Origin: Escherichia phage vB_EcoM_ESCO8
DNA: 64,000 bases
Strand: one strand, 5' to 3'
Sequence record: OM386653.1
Part shown: piece after piece, positions 27,798 through 36,720 of the stretch
How positions within the stretch are numbered: the first letter of the stretch is position 1
How the letters are laid out: each line of letters begins with the position of its first letter
Notes under the pieces: generated by a model
The model's input: the letters and a program-made list of their open reading frames with translations, nothing else
Databases searched by the model: none
Told to the model about the DNA's origin: nothing
Translations under genes and position numbers: made by a program

Positions 27798-28215
27798 CGT
27801 TCACTGTAATAAGGTTTTTCATAACCATAACACCCTGAATATAGCCTAGCCAACGATGGCGTTTGGTTTCAGACATACCATTACACCCATTCTGAATTTC
27901 ATTCAACATCCACAGTAAGTGGGAAACACCTGTTTCACTGGTATCTGGATCTTCTACAGAACTAAGAATAGTTTCATAGCGTTCACAAATTTCTGGGTAG
28001 AATTCATAATCCTGTTGTACATCTCGCATTTCTCGAATGAAGTGACGAGCAATAGGCTTCCCACGAAAATATTCATTGATGAAATCAATAACACACATCT
28101 CACTGCCTGTCACCACGGAAGGCGTTCCTATGTTAAATTGAACACTCACACCGCATTCTTTTACAAGATTATGTACACGCTCCGTGTTAGCAAGATACAA
28201 AGATACAGTTTTCAT
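27757..28215 (-). CDS. hypothetical protein (152 aa)
   Basis: ORF track. Confidence 0.5.
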   Translation of the reverse strand: MKTVSLYLANTERVHNLVKECGVSVQFNIGTPSVVTGSEMCVIDFINEYFRGKPIARHFIREMRDVQQDYEFYPEICERYETILSSVEDPDTSETGVSHLLWMLNEIQNGCNGMSETKRHRWLGYIQGVMVMKNLITVNDERNATRPVFNGA

Positions 28216-28286
28216 TTACACCTCTCATTAGTAGTTTTGTTATGCGCGATATTGCATATTTTATGGAACACAGTGTACAGGCATTT

Positions 28287-28661
28287 CTATTCAATGCAAG
28301 CATTATTTGCATCTTCGATTCTGTCTTTCACCCATTGAAGACGTAACGTGTTGGTATGACACGCCAAGTCTATACACTCTGAAAGGTAATCCATGCAATC
28401 TGCATTGAACGGAAGATTGTAGTCCAGTCCTGCACATGTAAATTGTTTCCTCATTTCGTATTTCAAACTATCCAACAAACGATCACGCCATCTTTTATCT
28501 TCTTCTCTAGTTACCTCACCAACAAAATCATCTACATAATCTACCAGACAACCACATAAGCCACTCGTTGTGCGATTCATTGCAGGATGGTTGGCAATCC
28601 ATGCTTTATAGAATCGTATTAAAGCTGCACTACTCAACGGAATATTACTTTTCATGATCAC
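28287..28661 (-). CDS. paralog family A member 3 (124 aa)
   Basis: LIRFYKAWIANHP, GLCGCLVDYV, FTCAGLDYNLPFN, RLQWVKDRIEDANN motifs. Confidence 0.55.
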   Translation of the reverse strand: MIMKSNIPLSSAALIRFYKAWIANHPAMNRTTSGLCGCLVDYVDDFVGEVTREEDKRWRDRLLDSLKYEMRKQFTCAGLDYNLPFNADCMDYLSECIDLACHTNTLRLQWVKDRIEDANNACIE

Positions 28662-28827
28662 CTCCTAACTTAAGTATTCTACCTAGCAGATAAAAGAATG
28701 CCTGTATTGCACTAAGGAACATACACAAAATAATAAGAAGTCCGAAACCGACAAAACCTGCTTTTATCATTAACCAAACTATTCCAACCAATTCCCACAT
28801 TCTACACACCCTTACATGAATCGGCAA
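28645..28827 (-). CDS. small membrane protein (60 aa)
   Basis: ORF track; hydrophobic. Confidence 0.35.
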   Translation of the reverse strand: MPIHVRVCRMWELVGIVWLMIKAGFVGFGLLIILCMFLSAIQAFFYLLGRILKLGGDHEK

Positions 28828-29218
28828 TACGATCTTTCACCCACTGCAATCTCCCTGGGTTCGTATGGCAAGAATGTTTCTTACCTTCATCTTCATAACA
28901 CAGAAGATCATCATTAAAGGGCAGGAAGGAGGATAGCCCAGCACACGTGAATTGCAATTTCATCTCTTCCAGCGTTTTGCTACGAACCATTTTGAAATGT
29001 TCTATATCTTCTTGCGTAGGCTTTTTCTTTGACATAGCGGATGCCAGATAATCCATAAGGCAAATACACAAACCAACATTCTCACGATGCATTGAGGAAT
29101 GATCTTCCATCCATGCTTTGTAGAATTCTAACAGCAGTGGACTGCTAAGAGGAACACACATATCAGACTCCTTTATAAGATTACGTTTCATGCCACACAT
29201 CATATAGCATCTTTTCAT
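28802..29218 (-). CDS. paralog family A member 4 (138 aa)
   Basis: LLLEFYKAWMEDHS, GLCICLMDYL, FTCAGLSSFLPFN, RLQWVKDRIADSCKG motifs. Confidence 0.55.
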   Translation of the reverse strand: MKRCYMMCGMKRNLIKESDMCVPLSSPLLLEFYKAWMEDHSSMHRENVGLCICLMDYLASAMSKKKPTQEDIEHFKMVRSKTLEEMKLQFTCAGLSSFLPFNDDLLCYEDEGKKHSCHTNPGRLQWVKDRIADSCKGV

Positions 29219-29520
29219 CTGTTACAAGAACAGCAACATAGGAACATCATTAATGAAGGATTTAGTATAGGATTTCCCTATCAATTATTCTATATATACC
29301 TATTATTTTTAACACACCCCTTTGTACATAATATAGACAAATAAATATCTATGCCACAAAAATTTTCCGGTATACCCGATTTATTTCGACACACCCCCTT
29401 TTCATAAACGTAAAGTCAATAATATCAATAACTTGCCGCAAAATACTGCTCGCTTGCGAGAGGTGCTTAACGCGATTTTCAGCGCCCCCCGATTTCTGCC
29501 GACCGTCCCCCTCAAATATC

Positions 29521-29543
29521 AATGAGAATTATTATCATTTGCA
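29521..29543. promoter_or_regulatory. Fur-box-like palindromic site 1 (aatgagaattattatcatttgc)
   Basis: 14 of 19 match to GATAATGATAATCATTATC by eye; AATGA...TCATT inverted repeat. Confidence 0.35.
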
Positions 29544-29718
29544 TTATCATTCAATGACTTATAAGACTTTTGATTATTTTCTGAGCAAGAAAGGCACTAC
29601 TCACAACAAAACAGATAAATTCTAAGTAAATCAATGGCTTGGCATTTCTAAACATCTATATACACCTTGCCAAATGAAATGATCTGGCGTGAAATAGTGC
29701 CACCCGTGGAAGATAGCT

Positions 29719-29737
29719 GATAATGATTCTCATTTGC
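29719..29737. promoter_or_regulatory. Fur-box-like site 2 (gataatgattctcatttgc)
   Basis: Exact GATAATGAT half-site; 15 of 19 to Fur consensus; near-identical copy at 42212-42230. Confidence 0.4.
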
Positions 29738-30568
29738 ATACTTTCTGTACTATAAAACCGACTAAAAATCAAGATAATTCTATTTTATTGCGCTTTTAAG
29801 AAAGTAGGCTCAACAAATGGTAAGTTATATTGCAACAAATAGGGATAGTTATGCCCGACAAATAACAACAATAGTATGAAAAATCATCTATTCGGATGTA
29901 AATAATTTTGCGCAATAGCACTGTGTTCCCATAGCGCCCCCTGGAGGGTGGCGCATTATGATCATCAATGTCATTATTCACCATGTTTATTATTGCATAG
30001 CTTATATTATAGCCAATGTTCTAAACATTAGCTAATAATAACGCACCGCAACAATGTAAGGGAATACAATATACCATGTATATTGTTGCGCTTGCAATTG
30101 TTGCAAGCTACATAAGCACAGATAATAACTATCGGTGATGGTTATTATGTGGGGTGTGTAGTTGCGTTATTATTAGCCGCCTATGTGTCCGGCATAGGCT
30201 GCTAATGATACGCTTGCGAATTATATTTCTTGTTATAGTTATTGTATGGAATGATTACTGTATGAAATGATTATTTAGGTAATAGATAGGAAGGTAAAGA
30301 TTAGATCATAAATAGATAGGATATTAATTATTTAGTAATGTTACTAACAATTTAATAGTTACTTTGTGCAACAATTCGATAGATTATAGTTATAGTTTTA
30401 AAGGTTAGATAGATTATATTTAGCTTAGTAATGATTTATATTGGTTATTGTTGTTTAATATAAGGTTATCAATGAGATAGTAACAGTAAGTTATAAATAA
30501 AGGTGAGATAATTAGTTTTAATTTAGTTAGATAACTTATTATTTTATAGGTTAGATGGTCATAAGTTA

Positions 30569-30589
30569 AGAATGATTATCATTATTGCA
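30569..30589. promoter_or_regulatory. Fur-box-like site 3 (aagAATGATtATCATTATtgc)
   Basis: Perfect 13-bp palindrome AATGATtATCATT matching the Fur-box core. Confidence 0.4.
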
Positions 30590-30626
30590 TTATGCAGTTT
30601 ATTGCATAAATAATCAGCTATAAATA

Positions 30627-30645
30627 AGAATGATTATCATTTAAG
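30627..30645. promoter_or_regulatory. Fur-box-like site 4 (aagAATGATtATCATTtaa)
   Basis: Same perfect palindrome 45 bp from site 3. Confidence 0.4.
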
Positions 30646-30855
30646 AGGAAAGACAAGAAAAAGGCTGTTTTTTCCCGATAGTTACATTGAGAAATTAAAA
30701 ATAAGCGGTCTAAAACACGCTGTAAGCGCCTTATGATCTTCATGGTATGGTTGTTCATCTGCTCCTTGATTAGCTCGATACCGCGATCTATTCACTTTTT
30801 TCGGTGAACGTTTTTGATAGGTAAAAGCTATCATATTTATTTAGGTAAAAAGAAA

Positions 30856-30872
30856 GGGCGCTTTGTGCGCCC
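30856..30872 (-). terminator. terminator hairpin (gggcgcTTTGTgcgccc) at 3' end of minus-strand array
   Basis: GC hairpin followed by T-rich run on minus strand, just downstream of CDS 30889..31272. Confidence 0.5.
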
Positions 30873-30888
30873 TGGTATGAAATGTTAT

Positions 30889-31272
30889 TTACTGATAAGC
30901 AGGATCGTTTGTTATATCAATCCAATGAGCTAAATTAATTTTATTTTTTGCTTTCATTTTCTCGATCAAACGTTCGGCTAATGTCTCGGAACGAATATAA
31001 ACATAATCGCTAAAATCTTGCCCCGTTTCTTCGTCGATCATTTCCCTGTATTCAACCTTGCCGATAAACGCATGATTCAGCGCATAAGTTTTACCCGTGT
31101 ACCAGTTGTGTAAATGAATCTCGCATTTATAATCGTCGCTATAACCTTCGGTTGTTCTAACTTCAACCAAGTCACCTTTAAACACTGATAAGCACCACAT
31201 AGGATCACGATCTACAGCGCCGTTAAAATCTTTACCGTTTACAGTCGCTGCCAGGTTGATGATATTGCTCAT
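30889..31272 (-). CDS. hypothetical protein (127 aa)
   Basis: ORF track; first gene of PeSL-associated array. Confidence 0.5.
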   Translation of the reverse strand: MSNIINLAATVNGKDFNGAVDRDPMWCLSVFKGDLVEVRTTEGYSDDYKCEIHLHNWYTGKTYALNHAFIGKVEYREMIDEETGQDFSDYVYIRSETLAERLIEKMKAKNKINLAHWIDITNDPAYQ

Positions 31273-31347
31273 GGTGATTCCTCGTTTACCGTTTAAAATT
31301 GTTTGCCCTACACGATAACTATAAATTAACAGAGGCTATAAAGCAAG

Positions 31348-31578
31348 TTATTTTTCATAGAATTTTTCTACTGTGATATTCTTCCCAGTGGGATTAGCTA
31401 CTTTCAAAATTTTATCATGTACTGGACGCCCAAAAGAATAAGATCCGTATACAGTAAACCAATAATCACCGTCAGGCTGTACTATCACCGCTGCATAGGG
31501 TACGCCTTTTTCGTTATTGCTGACATAATAGATCACATTGCCGTTAATAGCCTCAGCGCGTTTAATTTGTTCGATCAT
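31348..31578 (-). CDS. hypothetical protein (76 aa)
   Basis: Track ORF 31348..31656 reads through the upstream stem-loop cassette; internal ATG (MIEQIK) at 31578 preferred. Confidence 0.45.
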   Translation of the reverse strand: MIEQIKRAEAINGNVIYYVSNNEKGVPYAAVIVQPDGDYWFTVYGSYSFGRPVHDKILKVANPTGKNITVEKFYEK

Positions 31579-31597
31579 GATATGATTCCTATATTGA

Positions 31598-31656
31598 GCG
31601 GGAAACCATTTCCCGCCTACGTGATAAATAATAATGTAAGCGTGATCCGGTGTCAA
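31598..31656 (-). promoter_or_regulatory. PeSL-like cassette (TTGACA -35, -10, hairpin GCGGGAAAtggTTTCCCGC)
   Basis: Minus-strand reading: TTGACA, 16 nt, TTATTA, then GC hairpin, then RBS and start of 31348..31578. Confidence 0.55.
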
Positions 31657-31669
31657 TAGATAAAGTTAA

Positions 31670-31906
31670 TTATTTTGCATAATCAATAACAGCGCAGATT
31701 TTATCATTTACATCTTGTAAATCAAAGGCATAGGCGATCTTGCCTTGCAATTTTCCACGGGTGAAACAGATACGATAAACGCCGTTTTTACTATCCTCTT
31801 CTGATTTTAGTATTTTTGCAACCGTTGCAATTAACAGATCATCAGAGTAAGCGATAAAGCCACCACGTAAAATAGGTGATTTTTTGAGGATCATGACTTC
31901 TTTCAT
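31670..31906 (-). CDS. hypothetical protein (78 aa)
   Basis: ORF track. Confidence 0.45.
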   Translation of the reverse strand: MKEVMILKKSPILRGGFIAYSDDLLIATVAKILKSEEDSKNGVYRICFTRGKLQGKIAYAFDLQDVNDKICAVIDYAK

Positions 31907-32334
31907 TTTCTTTTTCCTGTTTTCGTTTTGGGTATGTTCTACCCTCTAAAAACAATATTAAACTGTTGTGATTTATCGGTCAATAGATGAGATTGTAAAG
32001 ATTTGATAGTTTATTCCTTTGATGTTTTGTTGTTTGATAGTTATTAGCTATCAATATATAGCGGGATCTTCCGGTGATTATCTTCCCCTGTCCCCAGGTG
32101 CCGCCCGTTCCATAATAATAATCAAAAGCAGGGTAAAAGGCAAGATAAAAAGCAAATTATTTCCTATGTGCTTTAAACGCTCTAGATAGCTTTATAACGG
32201 CTTTTTCATCCTGGTAAGGTGATTAATCATCACTACCTTGTTTAAGCGGTTATAATCGGTTTTAGGCTGTTTTACGCCACCTTTACGCCTATTCTTTACG
32301 TGTTGTTTCCATCGTGAAAAAAGAATACAAAAAA

Positions 32335-32351
32335 GGGCGCTTAGTGCGCCC
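32335..32351. terminator. bidirectional terminator hairpin (gggcgcTTAGTgcgccc)
   Basis: Flanked by A-run and T-run; downstream of CDS 32369..32758. Confidence 0.5.
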
Positions 32352-32368
32352 CTTTCTTTTACCGTGTA

Positions 32369-32758
32369 TTAATATTCGTTATAATACATCGCTAATTTTT
32401 CATCAAAAGCTGATTGACGATCCGCATACTCCCAGAACATTTCCTGATCCTGTTGTTCGTCATCATCCATCATGTTGAATTGCGCAACCTCCTGGTAAGT
32501 GATCGCTATATTATAACGATAGGTGATCTCTTCTGCGATGTTTTCCGGTAAAGATGATTCTACACTGTCTAACAGCATATCTAACATCATTTCAGCCGCT
32601 TTTTCATCATTATCAAAGCAGTAAGCAGACCATGCCGCATGATGTTTATTTTTCATCTTTGCAATCAAGCCGTTTACTAAAAAAGGCGCTACGTTGTTAA
32701 CGATACCCTGTAAAGATTGGAATTTTTCAACGTTAGAAACAGAAACCAGGTTGCGCAT
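32369..32758 (-). CDS. hypothetical acidic protein (129 aa)
   Basis: ORF track. Confidence 0.5.
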   Translation of the reverse strand: MRNLVSVSNVEKFQSLQGIVNNVAPFLVNGLIAKMKNKHHAAWSAYCFDNDEKAAEMMLDMLLDSVESSLPENIAEEITYRYNIAITYQEVAQFNMMDDDEQQDQEMFWEYADRQSAFDEKLAMYYNEY

Positions 32759-32782
32759 AGTATTTACCTTTTTTGATTACCT

Positions 32783-32842
32783 GGCGGGAAACCATTTCCC
32801 GCCTACGTGGTAAATAATACCATATTGGGGATCGGTGTCAAT
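32783..32842 (-). promoter_or_regulatory. PeSL-like cassette (hairpin GGCGGGAAAtggTTTCCCGCC)
   Basis: TTGACA at 32837-32842 (minus), TATTAT -10, hairpin 32783-32803, then RBS of 32369..32758. Confidence 0.55.
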
Positions 32843-32847
32843 ACTTT

Positions 32848-33234
32848 TTATTCAATATAAATCAAATTATCTTCACCAATGTAAGCATGCACCGATGGCA
32901 TTAATTTAGCTGCATTTGTTAGGCGGTTGGCGGTGTTAGTAGTGTATATTTCAGGGCGATCCCAAAAGCCTACGCCGTGACCGTTACGGGTGAAATGTAA
33001 GTCATTCCCGATCTGGTTTGCTGTTGCGCCGTCGCTCATTGCCTCAGAGATAGCAGCATCATTGGCATCACAATAAGCCGCTACGTCATGAATGATCCGC
33101 TGATGGGCTTGATCTGAAAAATCATAATCGTCTAAGTTATCAATAAAATAGCCTTCATGATCCCTGGCTGATTCAGCAAAAATAAAGGCTTCTTTATAAC
33201 CGTTGATGATTTCAATAATGATTTCAGTTTTCAT
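32848..33234 (-). CDS. hypothetical protein (128 aa)
   Basis: ORF track. Confidence 0.5.
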   Translation of the reverse strand: MKTEIIIEIINGYKEAFIFAESARDHEGYFIDNLDDYDFSDQAHQRIIHDVAAYCDANDAAISEAMSDGATANQIGNDLHFTRNGHGVGFWDRPEIYTTNTANRLTNAAKLMPSVHAYIGEDNLIYIE

Positions 33235-33464
33235 GCTGTACGCTCGACAATAATAATGGTTTGCGGGATCTCGTTTTCTACTACTAACAAGGCTTTTTTC
33301 TGTGTGATAGATATTTTAACACGTTGTAAAGTAGCGGTAAAATCTTTCATTTCATTATGCGCGGATTTAGTGCAATGCCAGATCTCAGGTTTACCTATTT
33401 GCAAGCCGCGTAAAAATTCTGTTTTACCTGTCTTATTCGTGATCATTTGATTCACCTTATCCAA
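33231..33464 (-). CDS. hypothetical protein (77 aa)
   Basis: ORF track. Confidence 0.4.
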   Translation of the reverse strand: MDKVNQMITNKTGKTEFLRGLQIGKPEIWHCTKSAHNEMKDFTATLQRVKISITQKKALLVVENEIPQTIIIVERTA

Positions 33465-33579
33465 TACCGTGGGAAGATAGGATCATGTTAGCCATAGTTG
33501 CAACCAATCCAACCGATAACGCCAGGCCAACTACTACAACCGTGAAAATTTTCTCTAACATGATTCTACCCTCATTAAT

Positions 33580-33641
33580 GGGCGTTGCCTTATTGCCCCG
33601 CCCTATGTCGTACACTTTACCAGATAACAGCATATTGTCAA
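33580..33641 (-). promoter_or_regulatory. PeSL-like cassette (variant hairpin)
   Basis: TTGACA at 33636-33641 (minus) followed by GC-rich dyad gggcg...cgccc. Confidence 0.4.
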
Positions 33642-33642
33642 A

Positions 33643-33837
33643 CTATTTTTTATAAGGGATCAGTAAACTTCTCGCTATTGCTTCACGTAAACCTTTACTT
33701 TTTATTAGATCTATTGTTGCAGGGTGGCAAGTAAAAGCCTTTGACCATTTTTGATCACCTGGTTTACGGGCGAAAATGTAAACTTCTCCGTCGATTTCAT
33801 CCCAACGAGTATTGCTTGTTAGTTTTTTAAGCGCCAT
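33643..33837 (-). CDS. hypothetical protein (about 64 aa)
   Basis: Track ORF 33643..33867 runs into the upstream hairpin; internal ATG (MALKKL) with aaaagagaaa RBS preferred. Confidence 0.4.
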   Translation of the reverse strand: MALKKLTSNTRWDEIDGEVYIFARKPGDQKWSKAFTCHPATIDLIKSKGLREAIARSLLIPYKK

Positions 33838-33858
33838 GCTGATTTCTCTTTTAGTTGT

Positions 33859-33916
33859 GAGCGGCACTATTGCCGCCCTACGAAATACATTCTACCCGAT
33901 TTATAATTGTTGTCAA
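33859..33916 (-). promoter_or_regulatory. PeSL-like cassette (hairpin GCGGCActatTGCCGC)
   Basis: TTGACA 33911-33916 (minus), hairpin 33861-33876. Confidence 0.55.
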
Positions 33917-33917
33917 A

Positions 33918-34187
33918 CTATTTTTTCAAGCTCGACCAGTCAAAACACGGGGCGATCTCGTTAAAACTTGTACCCTGTAAAGCACATAATTTTTTAGCAA
34001 TAGCCGCCGTAACCTGGCGTTGTACGCGAGGATCTGCTACTGATTGGAGAAAGTAGGCGGCTTTATATGTGATCATGCTTTCGCCTGTTTCCTTGTTAAC
34101 GTGGTGCACGGTTTTAGCCTTATCATCTTTTACCAGGGTGTAACCGGATTCGATGGCCTTGATTGCAACGTCCAAAGATATTTTCAT
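33918..34187 (-). CDS. hypothetical protein (89 aa)
   Basis: ORF track; aagagg RBS. Confidence 0.45.
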   Translation of the reverse strand: MKISLDVAIKAIESGYTLVKDDKAKTVHHVNKETGESMITYKAAYFLQSVADPRVQRQVTAAIAKKLCALQGTSFNEIAPCFDWSSLKK

Positions 34188-34206
34188 GATTTACCTCTTT
34201 ATTGAC

Positions 34207-34227
34207 GGCGGGGAATACTCCCCCGCC
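34207..34227 (-). promoter_or_regulatory. stand-alone GC hairpin (GGCGGGGaatactCCCCCGCC) in 5' leader
   Basis: Hairpin between two minus-strand genes with no TTGACA hexamer present. Confidence 0.4.
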
Positions 34228-34234
34228 TTATTAA

Positions 34235-34405
34235 TTACTCTTCATCGTCGCCGTTATAGTATTCAATGCCGTTTTCATCGGTTACAGTAATGTTAACGCC
34301 ACCGATAGCAACACGATCACGGGCAAACGTCATGGCTTCATTTAAATCTTCAGACCAAAAAATATTGTGACCTTTGCGCGATACGTAAAACATAGTTGGG
34401 ATCAT
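34235..34405 (-). CDS. hypothetical protein (about 56 aa)
   Basis: Track ORF 34235..34435 begins inside the hairpin; internal ATG (MIPTMF) preferred. Confidence 0.4.
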   Translation of the reverse strand: MIPTMFYVSRKGHNIFWSEDLNEAMTFARDRVAIGGVNITVTDENGIEYYNGDDEE

Positions 34406-34427
34406 GATTTGTTTCTCTTCTGTTATG

Positions 34428-34485
34428 AGCGGCACTATTGCCGCCCTATGTGATAAACTTTACTACGTTGTTTGCCTAGTGTCAA
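34428..34485 (-). promoter_or_regulatory. PeSL-like cassette (hairpin GCGGCActatTGCCGC)
   Basis: TTGACA 34480-34485 (minus), hairpin 34430-34445. Confidence 0.55.
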
Positions 34486-34486
34486 A

Positions 34487-34771
34487 TTATTTTTTAATGT
34501 TTTGCCCTACAAAATTAATCACTTCCTTAAGCTGTTTCTCAGTCATGATCGTGCCTGGCAATTCTTCTTTGATTTCTTCCGGTAGATAGATATTACCGCG
34601 CCAGGTTAATAAACAACCGTTTTGATCTTCGCAGATAGAATAAGAGAAGATCCACTCATTATCATTCTCAAGCTCCCAAAAGCACAAAAAATCTTCTTTC
34701 CCCAGGTTTTCAACGGTTAAACATAAGCCGCGACGTGCTGCATAGTTGGAAAGTGCTTTTGTGATCTTCAT
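34487..34771 (-). CDS. hypothetical protein (94 aa)
   Basis: ORF track. Confidence 0.45.
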   Translation of the reverse strand: MKITKALSNYAARRGLCLTVENLGKEDFLCFWELENDNEWIFSYSICEDQNGCLLTWRGNIYLPEEIKEELPGTIMTEKQLKEVINFVGQNIKK

Positions 34772-34790
34772 AGCTTATCTCTTCTTTTAA

Positions 34791-34854
34791 GGCGGGGGAA
34801 ACCATTTCCCCGCTCTATGAGATACAATATACTACCCGTTCAGTGTGCTGTCAA
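34791..34854 (-). promoter_or_regulatory. PeSL-like cassette (hairpin GGCGGGGGAAAccaTTTCCCCGC)
   Basis: TTGACA 34849-34854 (minus), hairpin 34791-34813. Confidence 0.55.
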
Positions 34855-35178
34855 TCAATAATCTTCAATATTTTCTACATTGACAAAAGCATGTTTATTT
34901 TCTAAGTTTTCGCCGTACCATTGCCCCATGTTGATTTCTGCGGTGCGCAACCAGGACATGCCGCGTTCTATCTTTTTGCTCGCAATGTCGATCCGGCTTT
35001 TGCATAGTGATTTAGCTTGCAATGTAAAAACACTATTGCCCTGTAATGCTTCCAGGTCATCATGTGCAAGGCGATACTCTTTAAAGCCTGATTCTATCAT
35101 TTCAATCGCATCAAGGAAACGAGCGCGATGATAGAAAAAATCAGAGTTATCCAAATAAACACCGATCACAGATTTCAT
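34855..35178 (-). CDS. hypothetical protein (about 107 aa)
   Basis: Track ORF 34855..35238; internal ATG (MKSVIG) preferred; TTGACA-N17-TAAACT promoter without hairpin upstream. Confidence 0.45.
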   Translation of the reverse strand: MKSVIGVYLDNSDFFYHRARFLDAIEMIESGFKEYRLAHDDLEALQGNSVFTLQAKSLCKSRIDIASKKIERGMSWLRTAEINMGQWYGENLENKHAFVNVENIEDY

Positions 35179-35507
35179 AATTTTACCCTTTTGTTTGCGG
35201 CCTTTGCCGTTTTCAAGATATAGTTTAAAGCATAACAAAAAATTGTCAAGCCTTTAAAGCGTACAACTATAAAACCTATTAAAACACAATGTATAATAAC
35301 ATGGCTATAGTAGCAATACAACATAAAGCCATGCTTGTTTTCCTTCCTTCCTCGTATGCTGGATTTATTACGCTATATTGTACGGGAATAATTTTCATGC
35401 TGTTTCCTTAATGTCTTAAAACGTGGTTTACAATAGAAACAAGCATACAGAAGAAAAAAGATCCTGTCAATAAGATACCGAAAAATAAATGTAAATAGGG
35501 CATGGTT

Positions 35508-35810
35508 TTACTCCTTAAAAAAATCATTGACAATTAAACTGATAACGCCCAGCACCAGATCACCAGGTAGCGCCGCGCTTTCGTTGTTGCTTGTTTGCAC
35601 TTCCTCACTAGTACCAGCATGATAAATCGCATGGTAAGCAATAGTATAATAACCTTTCGTTATTTCTTTAAGATTAATGATTAGCACGTTATTTGTTTCA
35701 TCTTGAAACAATTTAGCGGTGATAGTATTGTTTTCTTTTACACTATCGACTTTTATTGATGGATCATTTACACCAGAAAAAAGAAAAAACGTTTTAGCTA
35801 TGCCGTTCAT
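35508..35810 (-). CDS. hypothetical protein (100 aa)
   Basis: ORF track. Confidence 0.45.
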   Translation of the reverse strand: MNGIAKTFFLFSGVNDPSIKVDSVKENNTITAKLFQDETNNVLIINLKEITKGYYTIAYHAIYHAGTSEEVQTSNNESAALPGDLVLGVISLIVNDFFKE

Positions 35811-35857
35811 GTAGTTCTCCTTTGTTGTGTGTATCTTATAACGTGCTTTCTATGTTG

Positions 35858-36259
35858 TCAATCTTTTATCTCGGTGCATTTTGCTAGGGTATACGTTGCA
35901 AGTGCTGACACTAGTTTTTCATTGCTACGATCTGCGGCTGTACTGTGTACTTTTTGAATACTTTTTAACCACGGCGTAAAATTTTGAGTAGTGAGCACAC
36001 TGGTAATAATTTCACATGGCACATCTTCATTTAAGCCATTAACAATAGATTTATCTATTTTTGCCGTTAGTTGTGTAACAGCACCATAAGCGATCATGTG
36101 TGAATCCTCCATGATTTCATCGGGGATCGCATTATTAATAAGCATGACGTTTTCCATTGCATCAACGGCGCTTAATTCTGCTACTGTGGAGGATATCGCC
36201 GCGCTAGATGTTCCAACCATGCCAAAAGAGATTAAACCAGCGATCAATAATTTTTTCAT
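35858..36259 (-). CDS. putative secreted protein (signal-peptide-like N-terminus)
   Basis: Track ORF 35858..36271; start at MKKLLIAGLISFGMVGTSSAA after gagg RBS. Confidence 0.45.
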   Translation of the reverse strand: MKKLLIAGLISFGMVGTSSAAISSTVAELSAVDAMENVMLINNAIPDEIMEDSHMIAYGAVTQLTAKIDKSIVNGLNEDVPCEIITSVLTTQNFTPWLKSIQKVHSTAADRSNEKLVSALATYTLAKCTEIKD

Positions 36260-36267
36260 TTCTTGCC

Positions 36268-36450
36268 TCATATATGTTTTATTGAGATTATATTGTCACT
36301 ATATACAACGTTTTTCAACGTGTCAATAAAAATCTTATTGCCTTCAATCCCCAGGATCACGCCGCTAGTTATGAAGCCATATTGATCACGATATCTGGCG
36401 CATAACCTTTGCCCCTGGGCTAGTGCCTTGCTTATTTCTTCTAATCTCAT
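36268..36450 (-). CDS. hypothetical protein (60 aa)
   Basis: ORF track. Confidence 0.35.
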   Translation of the reverse strand: MRLEEISKALAQGQRLCARYRDQYGFITSGVILGIEGNKIFIDTLKNVVYSDNIISIKHI

Positions 36451-36540
36451 TTTAAAGCTCCTGTAAAGCCGTCTAACGTTGATTTATAGGCTTGCCCTGG
36501 CGTTACCATTGCCTATGGGTAACAAGCCTCTATATAAGCT

Positions 36541-36566
36541 AAAAGGGCGCTTATTGCGCCCTTTTT
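36541..36566. terminator. bidirectional terminator (aaaagggcgcTTATtgcgcccttttt)
   Basis: Perfect hairpin flanked by A4 and T5. Confidence 0.55.
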
Positions 36567-36567
36567 G

Positions 36568-36705
36568 TTATTCGTTCCAGTATCTTTTTGTGCTGCGATC
36601 TCTTTTTGTTTTGTTCCGCTTATCGCCTTTTTTGGTGATCTCTTCGTTCCAATTTTTACGCGCCTTGCTGCGGTTGAATTTTTCGATCTGCTGTGATGCG
36701 TTCAT
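36568..36705 (-). CDS. small basic protein (45 aa)
   Basis: Not in track; aagagga RBS; Lys/Arg-rich; followed by terminator. Confidence 0.4.
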   Translation of the reverse strand: MNASQQIEKFNRSKARKNWNEEITKKGDKRNKTKRDRSTKRYWNE

Positions 36706-36720
36706 GTTTTTTCCTCTTAA

